A stretch of 64,000 nucleotides of DNA, taken from Eledone cirrhosa. Its lineage: Eukaryota. The stretch covers positions 64,046,001 through 64,110,000 of the forward strand of contig OZ024743.1 of NCBI GenBank assembly GCA_964016885.1. The letters are read 5' to 3'. The notes under the pieces are model-generated. The model saw only the letters and a program-made list of their open reading frames with translations. It was not told the origin of the DNA and made no database searches. Shown one piece after another: positions 51,146 to 64,000 of the stretch (the stretch's first letter is position 1; each line of letters starts with the position of its first letter). The position numbers and the translations under genes are program-made.

Positions 51146-52053
51146 AATATGGTTTTATAAATATAGCTTCCATTTGTTAATATATCGTATTTTTACTCCA
51201 ATAATTTGTTGAGTGCTTTATATCAGTTATAAAAATATTTGCTTGTTGTATCCCAACAATTTAAATAGAACTTCTACAAATATATATATATATGTAGAAA
51301 TCTTATAATGAAACGAGTCGTCTGGGAAATGATATATCTACTTTTGGCACAAGGCCAGCAATTACCCAGTGCATTACTGTTACTTTATTTTATCGACCCC
51401 GTAAGGATGAAAGGCAAAATTAACCTTGGCGGGATTTTAACTCAGAATGGCAAGGGACGTAACTCTATGCATCAAAGCATGGCGTCCAACCCTCTACCGA
51501 TACTGCCAATCCACCTACAGCCAATTATCCACATTATTATCCAATTTAGCACCCAAACGTTTAATTGGGACTATACTCAGGTATTTCCTAATGTTTGTTG
51601 AGTGAGTTGGAATTTGGCCGGAGTATCGCTTTTAGCTTTCTCCAATTATGTATTTATATATTTACTCTTGGAGCAACAGATATGAACTTTCCCGATATAA
51701 GGTATGACTCTCTTTGTTTATTTTTTAGATGAATATTGATTGTTTGTTCTTGTATCTCATCCTGCTATTTTGCCTGAGAAAATATCTATATGTGTCATAA
51801 AGCCGTGCGCACATATGGTTATTTTTTCATATCCAATTGAGTTCTTAGCACGTGGCTTGAATTCTTGTCAGAGTTCAACGACCTGCGCATGTATTGTTTT
51901 TGGCGGTAGCCTCCTTCCTCCCATTTTCGGGACAGTGTGAGATTTTCTTTAGAACTGCTGGACTAACAACCTAGCAGTCCCCTTAAGCACTGATGGTGAT
52001 TATTGCTGGATATTGATGTTGATTTGGTTATCAATATTAATATTATTGGGTTA

Positions 52054-52176
52054 CCCACTGAAGATTTATAAGTTCCCACTAGACTAAGTATCTGTTGATC
52101 TTATACAAGCTTCTACATAACTTGGTATAATTTCACCCAACTTGTAGAAATCTTATAATGAAACGAGTCGTCTGGG
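52054..52176 (+). ncRNA. Type I hammerhead, long stem II (GUC site)
   Basis: ccca CTGAAGA t-ttataag...cttataa-t GAAA cgagtcg TC tggg. Confidence 0.85.
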
Positions 52177-52353
52177 AAATGATATATTTGATATATCTCA
52201 TGAAATAATACAGCCAATTATCCACACAATACAATATAGTTAGACCCCGAACATTTAATTGGGACTATACTTAGGTATTTCCTAATGTTTGTTGAGTGAG
52301 TTTTGAATTTGGCCGGAGTATCACTTTTAGCTTTCTCCGATTATATATATATA

Positions 52354-52478
52354 TTCCACTGATGATTTATAAGTGCCCACCTAAATATATTCTTACATGA
52401 ATATATATTAGGCTTCTACATAAACTGGAAACATTCCCCCAACTTGTAGAAAACTTATAATGAAACAATTGTTTGGAA
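52354..52478 (+). ncRNA. Type I hammerhead, long stem II (GUU site)
   Basis: ttcca CTGATGA t-ttataag...cttataa-t GAAA caattg TT tggaa. Confidence 0.85.
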
Positions 52479-52660
52479 AGAGAGATATACTTTAACTTTA
52501 ATTATATCTCATAAAATAATACAACTGGTTTTTCCACATTATACATATTGTTAGCACCCCAAACACTTAAATTGGGTTTATATTTTAATATAACCTAATG
52601 TTTGTTGAGTGAGATGGTTACCAGTCAGAGTTTAGCTTTAAACTATCTCTGTTATTGTAT

Positions 52661-52694
<34 letters not shown>

Positions 52695-52697
<3 letters not shown>

Positions 52698-53018
52698 CTG
52701 GCACTATGTCGATTATGATGACAAGTGTTCCTGTTGATTTGATCAACAGACCTGCTTGCTTTTGAATTTAACTTGCAAGTATCTGAGCATTCCACAGACA
52801 CATGCACCTAACATAATTCTCAGGGAGATTCAGTGTAACACACAATGCAACAAGGCTGGCCCTTCAAATTACAGGTACAACATACTTTTACCAGCTAAGT
52901 GAACTGGAGCAACATGAATTAAAATGTCTTGCTCAAGGCTATAATGTGCCACCGAGAATCGAACTCATGACTTTACAATTGTAAGCCAAATACCTTAACC
53001 ACAAAGCCACGTGCCTTC
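52695..53018 (-). mobile_element. SINE family B
   Basis: ggcacgtggctttgtggttaagg..gagttcgattc..ccttgagcaagaca. Confidence 0.8.
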
Positions 53019-53164
53019 ACACACACACACATATATATATATATAGAAAGAGAGAGAGAGAGAGAAGGGGGCTGAGTATGTGTCATGTAGCGATAGTCAT
53101 CATCTATGGCTGTTACATTATTAATGCAGATCTTGCCCCACCCCATTTGAACACACACATGTAT

Positions 53165-53221
<57 letters not shown>

Positions 53222-53599
53222 CAGACAGAATACTACATGAAACTCATGGTTGGTTTTTGTTTATATAATGTCTGTCTCTTGTTATGTATTATTATTATTA
53301 TCATTATACTGTGACTGTTTTGGCTGTGTTTTTTCTTGCAGTTATTCCATGTCTGTCGTTTTACGTCAACGTTTCGTTTGTTTTCTTCTGTTTTTCTCGT
53401 TTTCTTTCATTATGTGGGGTTTATTTTTTTGTTTCTTCTGATTCTTCTGCTGTTAACAGTTGTACAAATACAGACAGCATCTAATTTACATACATGCACA
53501 CACACGCACACACACACATATATATATATGCATATCATTATGTGTCTGTATTATATATATATATATATATACACATATATATATATATATATATACACG

Positions 53600-53644
<45 letters not shown>

Positions 53645-53854
53645 ATGTATATGTATATATACATATATTTACACACACACATGATTTAGACATGACAAAC
53701 ATAGTTAAGAGGGGGCTAGCATAGATGCATAGATGATATAACGATGTATGTTAGCCATCCAGACTTATATATAAGTATATACTAGCATAAGTACCCGGCA
53801 TTGCTTGGGTTAAAGAAAATAATGAAATTTCATTCAAAATAAATTCTGTGTGAT

Positions 53855-54300
53855 CGTCATCATCATCATTTTTACGTCCGTTTTTCCAGCACAAAATCTC
53901 TCCATTCATTGCAATCCTTTATCTTCTCTTCTGTGAGTCTCAGTGATTTGAGATCAGCTCTCACAACCTTTGCCCATGTCTTTCTTGGTCTGCCTCTACT
54001 GTGGGTTACTTCCACTAGTATTTCCTGACACTTCTTCACCCAGTTATCATCACGTGTCCATACCAATGCAGTCTTCACTTTTCATCACTGCTACAGATTC
54101 CTCTTAAACCCAGCTTCTCCCTCAACTCATCCAAGCTCTGCCTTTCTCTCACACTTACATTGAACATCCGATGAAGCATGGTTGCTTCATTTCTCTCAAA
54201 TCTATGTATGTTCTCTGCAATTACAGCCCATGTTTCACTACCATGCAGCATCACACTTTGTACACAGGCATCATACACACATTCTTTTGTATGAAGTGAA
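53855..54300 (-). mobile_element. RTE LINE 3' fragment
   Basis: YDACVQSVMLHGSETW..RGRPRKTW. Confidence 0.85.
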
Positions 54301-54453
54301 AATGTAAACAAATTCAAAATTAGGTCTTGTGATCCTCTTTGGACTTGTGTAGGTAAATATTAATGTTATTCAATAGGTTCTGATGAGATTGATATAGCAG
54401 GAAATAATATACTTGTTGTGTTAATCAAAATGTTCATCACTCAATTAAATGAT

Positions 54454-54676
54454 TTAACCCTTTAACATTTAAAGCAGCCGTATTTGGCCAGAATTCTCTC
54501 ACCATTTACTGTTCAAACTGGCCATAACTGGACCCTCATACCAAGTTTAAAGTATTGTTGTCAAAATAAATAATATCAAAATCTCACAGATTCAATATAA
54601 TATGAGATAATTATGTAAGGTAAAGCCTTTACTGTGAAAATACAATGGGATATATAGAATAATGGTAAATGGTTAA
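54454..54676. mobile_element. piggyBac-like MITE
   Basis: Homologous to 19221-19449, TTAA ends. Confidence 0.7.
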
Positions 54677-55594
54677 ATTAATTTAATCCTGGTTATTTTT
54701 AATCATTTATATATATGCTCTGTGATATTGTGAAACTACTGTGATTGGAAATTTACCGAATGGATTAAACTCTGAACTGTCTTTTACCTATCTAGCCATT
54801 GAGCTTTGAAATATTATTTGTCTTTATATGGTTGCATTATCAACTCAGCTAAACTCTTTTCATCATCTTTTTAATGTCTATTTTCCATGCTAGCATGGGT
54901 TAGATGAGTTGTCCCTTTTGAGGCAAGTCAGGTCAGGTGACTGTGTCTTTCTCATACAGAACTATTTCTGGCTAAGTTTCTACTATTGGATGCCCTTCCT
55001 AATGCCAACCCAGTGTGTGCTGGGTGCTTTTTGTCATGACTCCTACATGACCACTTTACATCAGTTTTTCTATTTTTAGGTTAAAGTTAGGTTTGGGGGG
55101 GTTGAGAGCATTCTTGATAGTTTAATAATCCTTAGAAATGCAGGGATTCCTGCAGAGATGAAAACAATTGGTACAATTATCTACTAGAACTCCTGAAACA
55201 GTGGCTATCTTTGGTGGGGTGGAAGGAGTGACTTGACACTTTGACATTGAACAAAGAAGGAGCAGACATGATGAAGTAATATTGTGTCAATGAAGTAAGG
55301 TTAATGAACTTTGGTATGAAACATAATTGGAATAAACCATTCTCACGACTGTATGGCTGAAAGCAAGGACATTATTGTCATAGAGAACTTGACATTCATC
55401 ATCATCATCATTTTTACATGTTTTTCCACACTTGCATGGTCCTTCTCAGCACAGCATCTCTCAACTCGTCACATTCCTTTGTCATCTCTTCTGGGTGTCT
55501 CAGTGATTTGAGGTTAACTCTCACAACTTCTGCCCATGTCTTTTTTGGTCTGCCTCTACTGCAGCTTTCTTCTTGGGAAAATAAATAAACTGAA

Positions 55595-55960
55595 GCATCC
55601 CTGACACCACCTGTTATTCCCCGTTAAACTGAGACCTTACTGACACAACCCTATCATTCCCCATTAAACTGAGACCATACTGATACCTCTTTGTCATTCC
55701 CCATTAAAATGAAACCTCACTGACACCCCTGTCATTCCTCATTAAACTGATACCTCACTGACACCAACCTGTTGTTTCCCATTAAACTGATACCTCACTT
55801 GCATAACCCTGTCATTTCCCATTAAACTGAGACCATACTGATACCTTTTTGTCATTCCCCATTAAACTGATACCTCACTGACACCAACCTGTCATTTCCC
55901 ATTAAACTGAGATCTTACTGATACCACTATAAAACTGAAACATCACTGACACCTCTCTGT
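55595..55960 (+). repeat. About 42-bp minisatellite
   Basis: Unit ctgtcattccccattaaactgagacc..actgacacc. Confidence 0.85.
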
Positions 55961-57140
55961 TGTTAACTTTACCATTAAACAATTCTATCTTCAAATCTGA
56001 GAGGTTGTTACAATGATGGCCACCAAATCTCAACATCAGTCATTGAATACATAATTAGTTTGAGTTTCTTCCTCCAACTAATTCACATATTTCATGCTTT
56101 CTTCCTTAACCTCTTGCTACCATATTTCTAACGAAAATAATCAAGAATTTTGGGATATTTAGCAATGTAACTAACTTTCATGTTATTAAGCTGATATTTG
56201 AAACATAACTTTAAAAAAAGTTTTTACATACAATCCTGATGGAAAGTTTTGGGTTAAATATAAACACTTTAACTCATTTATTATATATTTCTGATGAATA
56301 ACAATGCCTATTACTTTCTAATAATTTTGAAATTAATCTATAATTTTGTGGGATTTAGTATTATAACTAACTTTCTTATTATTAACTGGCATTTGGAACA
56401 TAACTTAACAAAGGTTCTTATATAAAATTATTATAGAAGATTTCTATCAAAAATGTTAAACAATGAGGAAGAGCCCTGCAAGGTGGAAGGGCTGTTGCAG
56501 TGGGTGTCACTGGCTAGTGTCCATGGAAAGCCTTTGTAGTTTAGTCCCCGGGGTGCAACAAAAACACTACCCTGACCTAGACGTAGTTTCTGTTGCAATC
56601 TCCCCTTCCTTCTTTCTTTCTTCCATGGCTCAATAGTCCTTGCACTTTCCCTCCCTTTCTTCTCATTTATGGCATTTTATAGTCCTTTCCTTTACTTTCC
56701 TATACAGTTAGATCTGCCCTTCTTTACCCTGTAGCAAGCTACTTTCCTTTGGTGCATTGATACCCTTTCCGTATGTTGTTTGGCTGAGTTGAGCCAATCG
56801 CTATCAGCGTATGGATGTGTATCTCAACTTCCGCCCAAATGGAGAAATTCCCGCTTCTTTTAATAAACTAATTCTCTTTGCGCATGAACTGCGGTAAGAT
56901 AAACACCTATTCTTCTTTCGCTCTGCAAACATCATTCCAATATGTAACCACAAAACATTACCGCGGCCTGGCTTCTCACTTCAGCCACTGGACCGTGTCT
57001 TCTCTTACAGATCTTAATTTGTTTGTTCATTTCTTTTGGCATGCCAACCAAGCTTAATACAGCTCTTCTCACCTTAAACATTGTTAATAAATTCTGTTAC
57101 AACGAACTACAAATTGTCGTCAACATTATTTTATCTTACA

Positions 57141-57325
57141 TGGCGGTGGATTGACAGTATCGGTAGAGGGTGGGACACCATGCTTTCCAGAATAGTTACG
57201 TCCCTTTACGATCTGAGTTCAAATCCCGCCGAGGTTGACTTTGCCTATCATCCTTACGGGGTCGATAAAATAAAGTACCAGTAATGCACTGGGTAATTGC
57301 TGGCCTTGTGCCTAAAGTAGAAACA
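57141..57325 (+). mobile_element. Full SINE family A (tRNA-like head, Meta-like central domain) with 15-bp TSD
   Basis: TSD attattttatcttac at 57125-57139 and 57326-57340; gagttcaaatccc B-box. Confidence 0.9.
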
Positions 57326-57529
57326 ATTATTTTATCTTACTTCTAAACTAGTTACTATTACATGCTGCTATACTGATGACATAATACATCATCATCTTAT
57401 GCTATAAACTGCTTCACTGGTGTCTTCTGTTGATACACAATACACAAATAAAAATATTATCATTCACGTTAAAATCTTCTTAGATACTATCTCCAACCCC
57501 TTTTCCCCTTTTATTTCATTATTTGTATA

Positions 57530-57925
57530 ATTAATATAATAATAATAATAATGAAATTATTGTGTAAAGTGCTCAGGTGCACTACAACTCGTCAAAGGTG
57601 CATGTATAGTACATAGAATAATACACAAATGTCAGGGAAGTGAATAGTGTATGAGTCATGATATACATGTGTGTACGTGTATAGAGGGGGAATATTAGGT
57701 GTAGTGTTGGCGAATCTCAGGAAGTATGGAGGTTTTAAAGGATGCAGTGTTTCGACAACTAACAACTGATGCAGGGAGTTTGATCCATGCTTCAGCAACT
57801 CTGAGCATGAAAAAATGTTTCCGAAAGTCATGGGAGCTGTGCTGTTTTCTGACTTTGTGGGCATGCCCACGTGTGTTAGACACATGGAAATCAAAAAGGT
57901 ACTCAGGGTTGTTGTTAATTATGAA
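57530..57925 (-). mobile_element. CR1-clade LINE 3' fragment
   Basis: NTRGHAHKV..RKHFFMLRVAEAWIKLPASVV. Confidence 0.85.
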
Positions 57926-58577
57926 AACTTAATAAATTACAGTTTGTACTTTAAGTAATTATAAACAATGACAGCCACTAAATCTCAATGTCATTCATTG
58001 AATAAAGAATTACTGAAGTTTAAATTTATATGCTAAAATATAGTAGGAAAAGAGTCATATATAAAAAGAAACATTTATTAGTAGTAATAGTAGCGGTAGT
58101 ATGTACAGGTGGAGTGGTAAATAAACATATACATATATACTAGGTCTGAACACAATGGAACCAAACTCCCACTGTCATTGCCTCTGTTTCTCTCCTATAC
58201 TCCCCATCTCTCCCATACTCCCCATCTCTCAGCAAATGTGGGTCCATGCGCTGGCTGCCCTGCGGCCCTGGCAGACAGAATTGAGACAGCGTTTCCCCAG
58301 AGGATGGTGAGAGAGACGCACTGGAAGAGCTATTCCAACAGATATATTCTCACATGAACTATGGCATGTTGTTCTGACAAGCATTACAGGAGAAGGTGCC
58401 GCACTCAGAATTAATCACACCATATATCTCTGCCATCTCTCTATTTAATTATTTAGACTAATTAAATAATTATATTTATTTATAAATTCATACATACATG
58501 TATATGTATATGTGTGTGTGAGTGTGTGTGTGCATGTATGCGTGTTTGTGCCTGTATGTGTGTGTTTATGTGTAACA

Positions 58578-58613
<36 letters not shown>

Positions 58614-58805
58614 ATGTGTATGTGAGTATGTGTATGTTTGTGTGTTGTTTTGTGTTGTCAATTTATAGATATATATAATAACAAACAACTACTGATGAGG
58701 TAACTGTGCCAATCAAGTGACATACAATATCTGATGTATCTATGTCAATATTTATATATAAAGTTTGTGGTGCCATGGTTAGGATTTTACATATCTCTAT
58801 CTATT

Positions 58806-58864
<59 letters not shown>

Positions 58865-58866
<2 letters not shown>

Positions 58867-59420
58867 CATCATCATCAACATCATCATTTAACGTCTATCT
58901 TCCACACTAGCATGGGTTAGACGGGTTTGTCCCATATAGAGGCAAGTTGGGTCGGGTGACCATGTCTTGCTTATATAGGATGGTTTTCTATGGCTGGATG
59001 CCCTTCCTAACGCCAACCACATTTACAGTGTGTGCTGGATGCTTTAGCGAGAGAGAGAGAGAGAGAGAGAAATTTTGTTGGATGCACAATGTAAACGTGA
59101 AGGAAAGGCAGAGCTTGGACAAGCTGAGTTTAAGAGGAATCTGAGATGCTGTGCATGAGAGAAGAATGTGTTGGAATGGACATGTGATATGCATTGACAA
59201 CGACCAATGGGTGAAGAAATGCCAGGAAATAACAGGAAATGCCAAGAAAGTCCTGGACAGAGGTGGTGAGAGCTGACCTCAAATCCATGTGACTCACAGA
59301 GAAGATGATGAAGAATGTGACAAGTGGTGGGATGCTGTGCTTAGAAGGACCCATCCAACTCATGCAAGTATGAAAAAAAAACAGACGAAAAAACGATAAT
59401 GATGATGATGATGATGATGA
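58865..59420. mobile_element. Two RTE 3' fragments in opposite orientations
   Basis: (CAT)n tail with ggatgcccttccta on the left; WNGHVICID..(GAT)n on the right. Confidence 0.7.
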
Positions 59421-59495
59421 TATGTATATATATTTTTATGTATATGTGTATATATATATATACACACACATATCTATATATATATATATATATAT

Positions 59496-61405
59496 AATAG
59501 AAAACGAAAAATCAGTGATGCATCTGAACTCAATTTATTGTGTGTTACAATTGTTTCGCCGGTGGACAGCTCGAGACGCGATCATTGTGTGGACCTGTCT
59601 GATTCTGGACCCGCAGGTTCGACGGACACGTCTAATGATTTCGGAGCATATTCTCTCACTGGGGTATCTGACCCTCTGGGCCAGTACCGTCAAAAACTTC
59701 ATCCTCTTCGTGTGTCCTGTGATTGGCTGCTGGTTGTCTGCGTCATCATAATTCTGACCACAGGTACCAGTCTGCTGACCATCAGGGCGTTGTCTGTCCC
59801 ATGTCTGCTACACTTCAATAAATCACTGCTGTGTTTGGTAGTTCACACATCCACACGCGCACTCACAGACACAGACACACACACACACACACACACATAA
59901 TCACATAGATAACGAGAGTCGTACGCATAGACTCCCACTATACACACACACTTAAGGAGAACATATAAACATATAAACATATAAACATACTCATACATGC
60001 ATCCAGAGAGGCACGTACATACACAGACACATGCCCACATGCCTATATACATCAACATGCACACACACACATGTGTGCATACACATGCATACGCGTATAT
60101 ATACTCGTACACAAAAACACGTACAGACATATACATAGACCCCCCCCCCCTTCACCCACGCACACACACATACACACACGTACCCATATACATATATACA
60201 CATGTATACACGCACAGATACACACTCGCTCGCAAACACACATATATACACACAAAGAAGCCCTTTCCCTACAGGGGGGGGGGGGGCTTGTACACACACA
60301 CACACACTGGCTCATATAGACTCCGACAAATATGCGCATATTCAGATACACACCCACGCACGCATAAAAAAATATATATATATATATACATAAATAGAAT
60401 ATACACACAAAGTCATATACAGATACACAATGGGCCATACATGAAAGGATGCATCTTGTTATAAACATGTACATGCATAGAAAATACATGCGTGCGTGGG
60501 TGTGTATGTGAATATTAGCATATTTGTCGGAGTGTATATGAGCCAGTGTGTGTGTGTGTGTGTGTGTACAAGCCCCCCTGTAGGGAAAGGGCTTGTTTGT
60601 GTGTATATATGTGTGTTTACGAGTGAGTGTGTATCTGTGCGTGTATATATGTATATATGTATATGGGTACGTGTGTGTATGTGTGTGTGCGTGAGTGGAG
60701 GGGGGGGGTCAATGTATATGTCTGTACGTGTTTCTGTGTACGGGTATGCACACATGTGTGTGTGCATGTTGATGTATATAGGCATGTGGGCATGTGTCTG
60801 TGTATGTACGTGCCTCTCTGGATGCATGTATGAGTATGTTTATATGTTTATATGTTTATATGTTCTCCTTAAGTGTGTGTGTATAGTGGGAGTCTATGCG
60901 TACGACTCTCGTCATCTATGTGATTATGTGTGTGTGTGTGTGTGTGTGTCTGTGTCTGTGAGTGCGTGTGTGGATGTGTGAACTACCAAACACAGCAGTG
61001 ATTTATTGAAGTGTAGCAGACATGGGACAGACAACGCCCTGATGGTCAGCAGACTGGTACCTGTGGTCAGAATTATGATGACGCAGACAACCAGCGGCCA
61101 ATCACAGGACACGCGAAGAGGATGAAGTTTTTGACGGTACTGGCCCAGAGGGTCAGATACCCCAGTGAGAGAATATGCTCCGAAATCATTAGACGTGTCC
61201 GTCGAACCTGCGGGTCCAGAATCAGACAGGTCCACACAATGATCGCGTCTCGAGCTGTCCACCGGCGAAACAATTGTAACACACAATAAAATGAGTTCAG
61301 ATGCATCACTGATTTTTCGTTTTCTATTCTATCATACTCTGCTCTGTAAGAGCATAGAGTGGTCAACCGGCATACCGCCTATGGAAGCATCTTAGCTACC
61401 GTCAA

Positions 61406-61408
<3 letters not shown>
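59496..61408. repeat. 1.8-kb fold-back (arms 59496-60365 / 60488-61328; right arm extends to about 61408)
   Basis: Mirror ORFs 59538-59900(+) and 60924-61286(-); PLE-like termini GAAAcaattgTA..aataaa; (TA)n flanks. Confidence 0.95.
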
Positions 61409-61436
<28 letters not shown>

Positions 61437-61485
61437 CATACACACACATATTTATATATATACATATATATATATATATATACAT

Positions 61486-61516
<31 letters not shown>

Positions 61517-61597
61517 CATACACACACACATATTTATATATATATATATATATACATACACACACATATATACATATAAATATATATATATATACAT

Positions 61598-61651
<54 letters not shown>

Positions 61652-61655
<4 letters not shown>

Positions 61656-64000
61656 CAGATTCTATGAGACACTGATGCTCACTACCTCCCAAATAACCGA
61701 CAGTGACTATATAATTATTGCAGGCGACCTAAATGGTCACGTTGGACAACATTGTGATGGCTACGACGAAATCCATGGAGGCTATGGGTTTGGTACTAGA
61801 AATGAGGAAGGCTCCAGAATCCTGGAATTCTGTGACGCAAATAACCTAACCATCTGTAACACTAACTTCAAAAAACGTGACAATCACCTGATCACCTATA
61901 GATCCGGGGAACACACAAGCCAGGTAGATTATATCCTTACCAGAAGACGCGACAGAGTGTCTGTTGTAAACACTAAATCCCTCCCCCATGAAGAATGCAC
62001 CCCCCAACATAGACTGATAATTAGCGACCTCATAGTCAGGACGAGACGTACCCGACAGCAGAAGAGGACTATCCTCAGGAGAAAAATATGGAAGCTAAAG
62101 GACCCCACAGCCAGAAATAAATTCCAAAGCATATTACTTGATGCTTTCGACAGTAAGGAAGAGCATTTAGAGTCGGACAATATAGAGGGACAGTGGGAAT
62201 TCCTGAAGGCAAACCTGCTGATGGCGGCAGACGAAGTCTGTGGCTGGAGCAGGCCTGTAGGCAGGAGGAGAGTAACATGGTGGTGGAACAGTAAGGTGGA
62301 GGGGTCAATTAAGGCCAAAAAGCAGGCTTGGAAAGTATGGCGGGATGGGGGAAATAGAGAAGACTATCAAGTGACCAGGAGGGAAGCTAGGAGACAAGTG
62401 TACTTCGCAAGAAGGGAAGCAGAGGAAAGAAAGTTCAAGCATGTTCTACAACGCAAGGAACAAAAACGTGAGGTGTTCAGGATTGCTAGGCAATGTGTCA
62501 AGGAAAACCGTGATATTGTCGGGGAGAAGTGTGTACTTAATGATGACGGCGTACTTGCCATCACCGACGCTGATAAGAAGGTAGCTTGGAAGTGTCACTA
62601 TGAAAGGCTACTAAATGAGGAGAATAAATGGGAGAAAGACACATCGACCCAATAGAGGGACCAGCAGTGTTAGTCGAGGGTAGTATAATAAGTAAGGCAA
62701 TCAAGGATATGAAGATGGGTAAGGCAGCTGGGCCTTCGGAAATAGTTGCTGAGATGCTGAAGGCATCTGGCACGGTGGGACACACCATGGTCACCCGGAT
62801 AGTTAACCAAGTCGTACAGAATGGGGTTGTTCCGAAGGACTGGCGTAGCAGCATCATCGTTAACTGTTATAAGGGTAAAGGAGATGCCCTAGATAGGAGT
62901 AACTATAGAGGCATTAAATTAATCGACCAGGTCATGAAGGTCATGGAAAAAGTAATAGCGCAACTAATCAGAGAGAGAATTGACCTAGATGAAATGCAGT
63001 TCGGGTTTGTGTCAGGCAAAAGTACCACAGACGCTCTTTTCATTGTACGACAACTACAGGAGAAGTACCTAGCTAAAAGTAAACCCCTATACTTAGCTTT
63101 TGTCGACTTGGAGAAAGCCTTCGACAGAGTCCCCCGTTCCATTATCTGGTGGGCTCTTAGAAAACTAGGTGTCGACGAATGGCTTGTGAGAGCTATACAA
63201 GCCATGTATAAAGAAACAGTCAGCAAGGTTAGAATTAACAACGAATATAGTGAAGAGTTTAGCGTAAAAGTTGGCGTCCATCAGGGCTCTGTTCTCAGCC
63301 CCCTACTATTTATTATTGCCCTTCAGGCTATAACAGAGGAGTTCAAGATCGGCTGCCCATGGGAACTCCTATACGCAGACGACCTAACACTCATAGTTGA
63401 ATCAATGGCCGAGCTAGAGAAGAAATTCCAAACATGGAAGCACGGCCTAGAATCAAAAGGCCTTAAAATTAATCTGGCTAAGACCAAAGTTCTAGTTTGT
63501 AGGAAAGAAAATAAGGCAGCGGTACCTTCCGGAAAGTGGCCATGCTCAGTGTGTAGGAAAGGCGTAGGTAGAAACTCCATTTTGTGTCCCAAATGCAAAG
63601 TATGGGTGCATAAAAGATGTAGTGGGATCACAGGTAAGCTAACTAAGAACATAGATTTCACATGTGGCCGGTGCTCTGGTGCAATAAGTAGCAGCAAGTG
63701 CCCACAAAATACTAGCTCTTTCAACTGCGCAGAGGGCTCTATAGAAATAGTGGACAGCTTCCGTTACCTGGGTGACAAAATCAGCAGTGGGGGAGGGTGC
63801 TCTGAAAGTACAGTAGCTAGAGTCAGAACTGGATGGAAAAAGTTCAGAGAGCTTATACCACTATTAGCCGCTAAAGGGTTCTCCCTAAAAATGAAAGGCA
63901 GGTTGTATGATGCCTGCATACGAACAGCAATGTTGCATGGCAGTGAGACCTGGGCATTGTGTGCAGAGGATATACGCAGACTAGAGAGGAACGAAGCTTG
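61652..64000 (+). mobile_element. Young RTE-clade LINE (APE + RT), one frameshift near 62645, running off the window
   Basis: [24 protein letters not shown]; FVDLEKAFDRVP; GVHQGSVLSPLLF; LLYADDL; FRYLG. Confidence 0.95.

Larger units (their letters stand above)
51293..52665 (+). mobile_element. Tandem pseudo-LTR/retrozyme-like array with long-stem-II hammerheads; SINE inserted at 51337-51515
   Basis: 51293-51650, 52143-52345 and 52445-52660 are mutually similar; inverted fragment at 27478-27630. Confidence 0.75.

Noticed and set aside
57141-57230. tRNA gene
   Set aside because: A/B-box-like head of a multi-copy SINE with TSD; no full cloverleaf
58685-58740. CTGATGA as a hammerhead core (also at 56291 and 57373)
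   Set aside because: No downstream GAAA/NUH with matching stems

Overview
AT-rich, repeat-saturated animal DNA. It is most likely an octopod cephalopod, inferred from the SINE/RTE families and the extreme (TA)n/(CA)n content. No host gene exon is recognisable, and nearly all ORF-track entries are microsatellite translations or transposon fragments. Recognisable elements: RTE-clade LINEs, one TSD-bounded Tx1/L1-clade LINE, CR1, CRE, R4/Dong and Vingi-like fragments, two Penelope-like (PLE) RT fragments, a mariner fragment, piggyBac-like MITEs, Helitron-like elements, two SINE families and several minisatellites. The main signal is non-coding. Manual folding finds about 13 intact-core, plus about 12 degenerate or half, type I hammerhead ribozymes (CUGANGA...GAAA...NUH with paired stems) from many unrelated sequence families. 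Most sit in short modules embedded in (TA)n and built as fold-back palindromes or partial tandem repeats. Several palindromes turn inside the ribozyme or skip over it, which suggests ribozyme-structure-guided snap-back during PLE/retrozyme reverse transcription. All structures were assigned by eye; coordinates of degenerate repeats are approximate.
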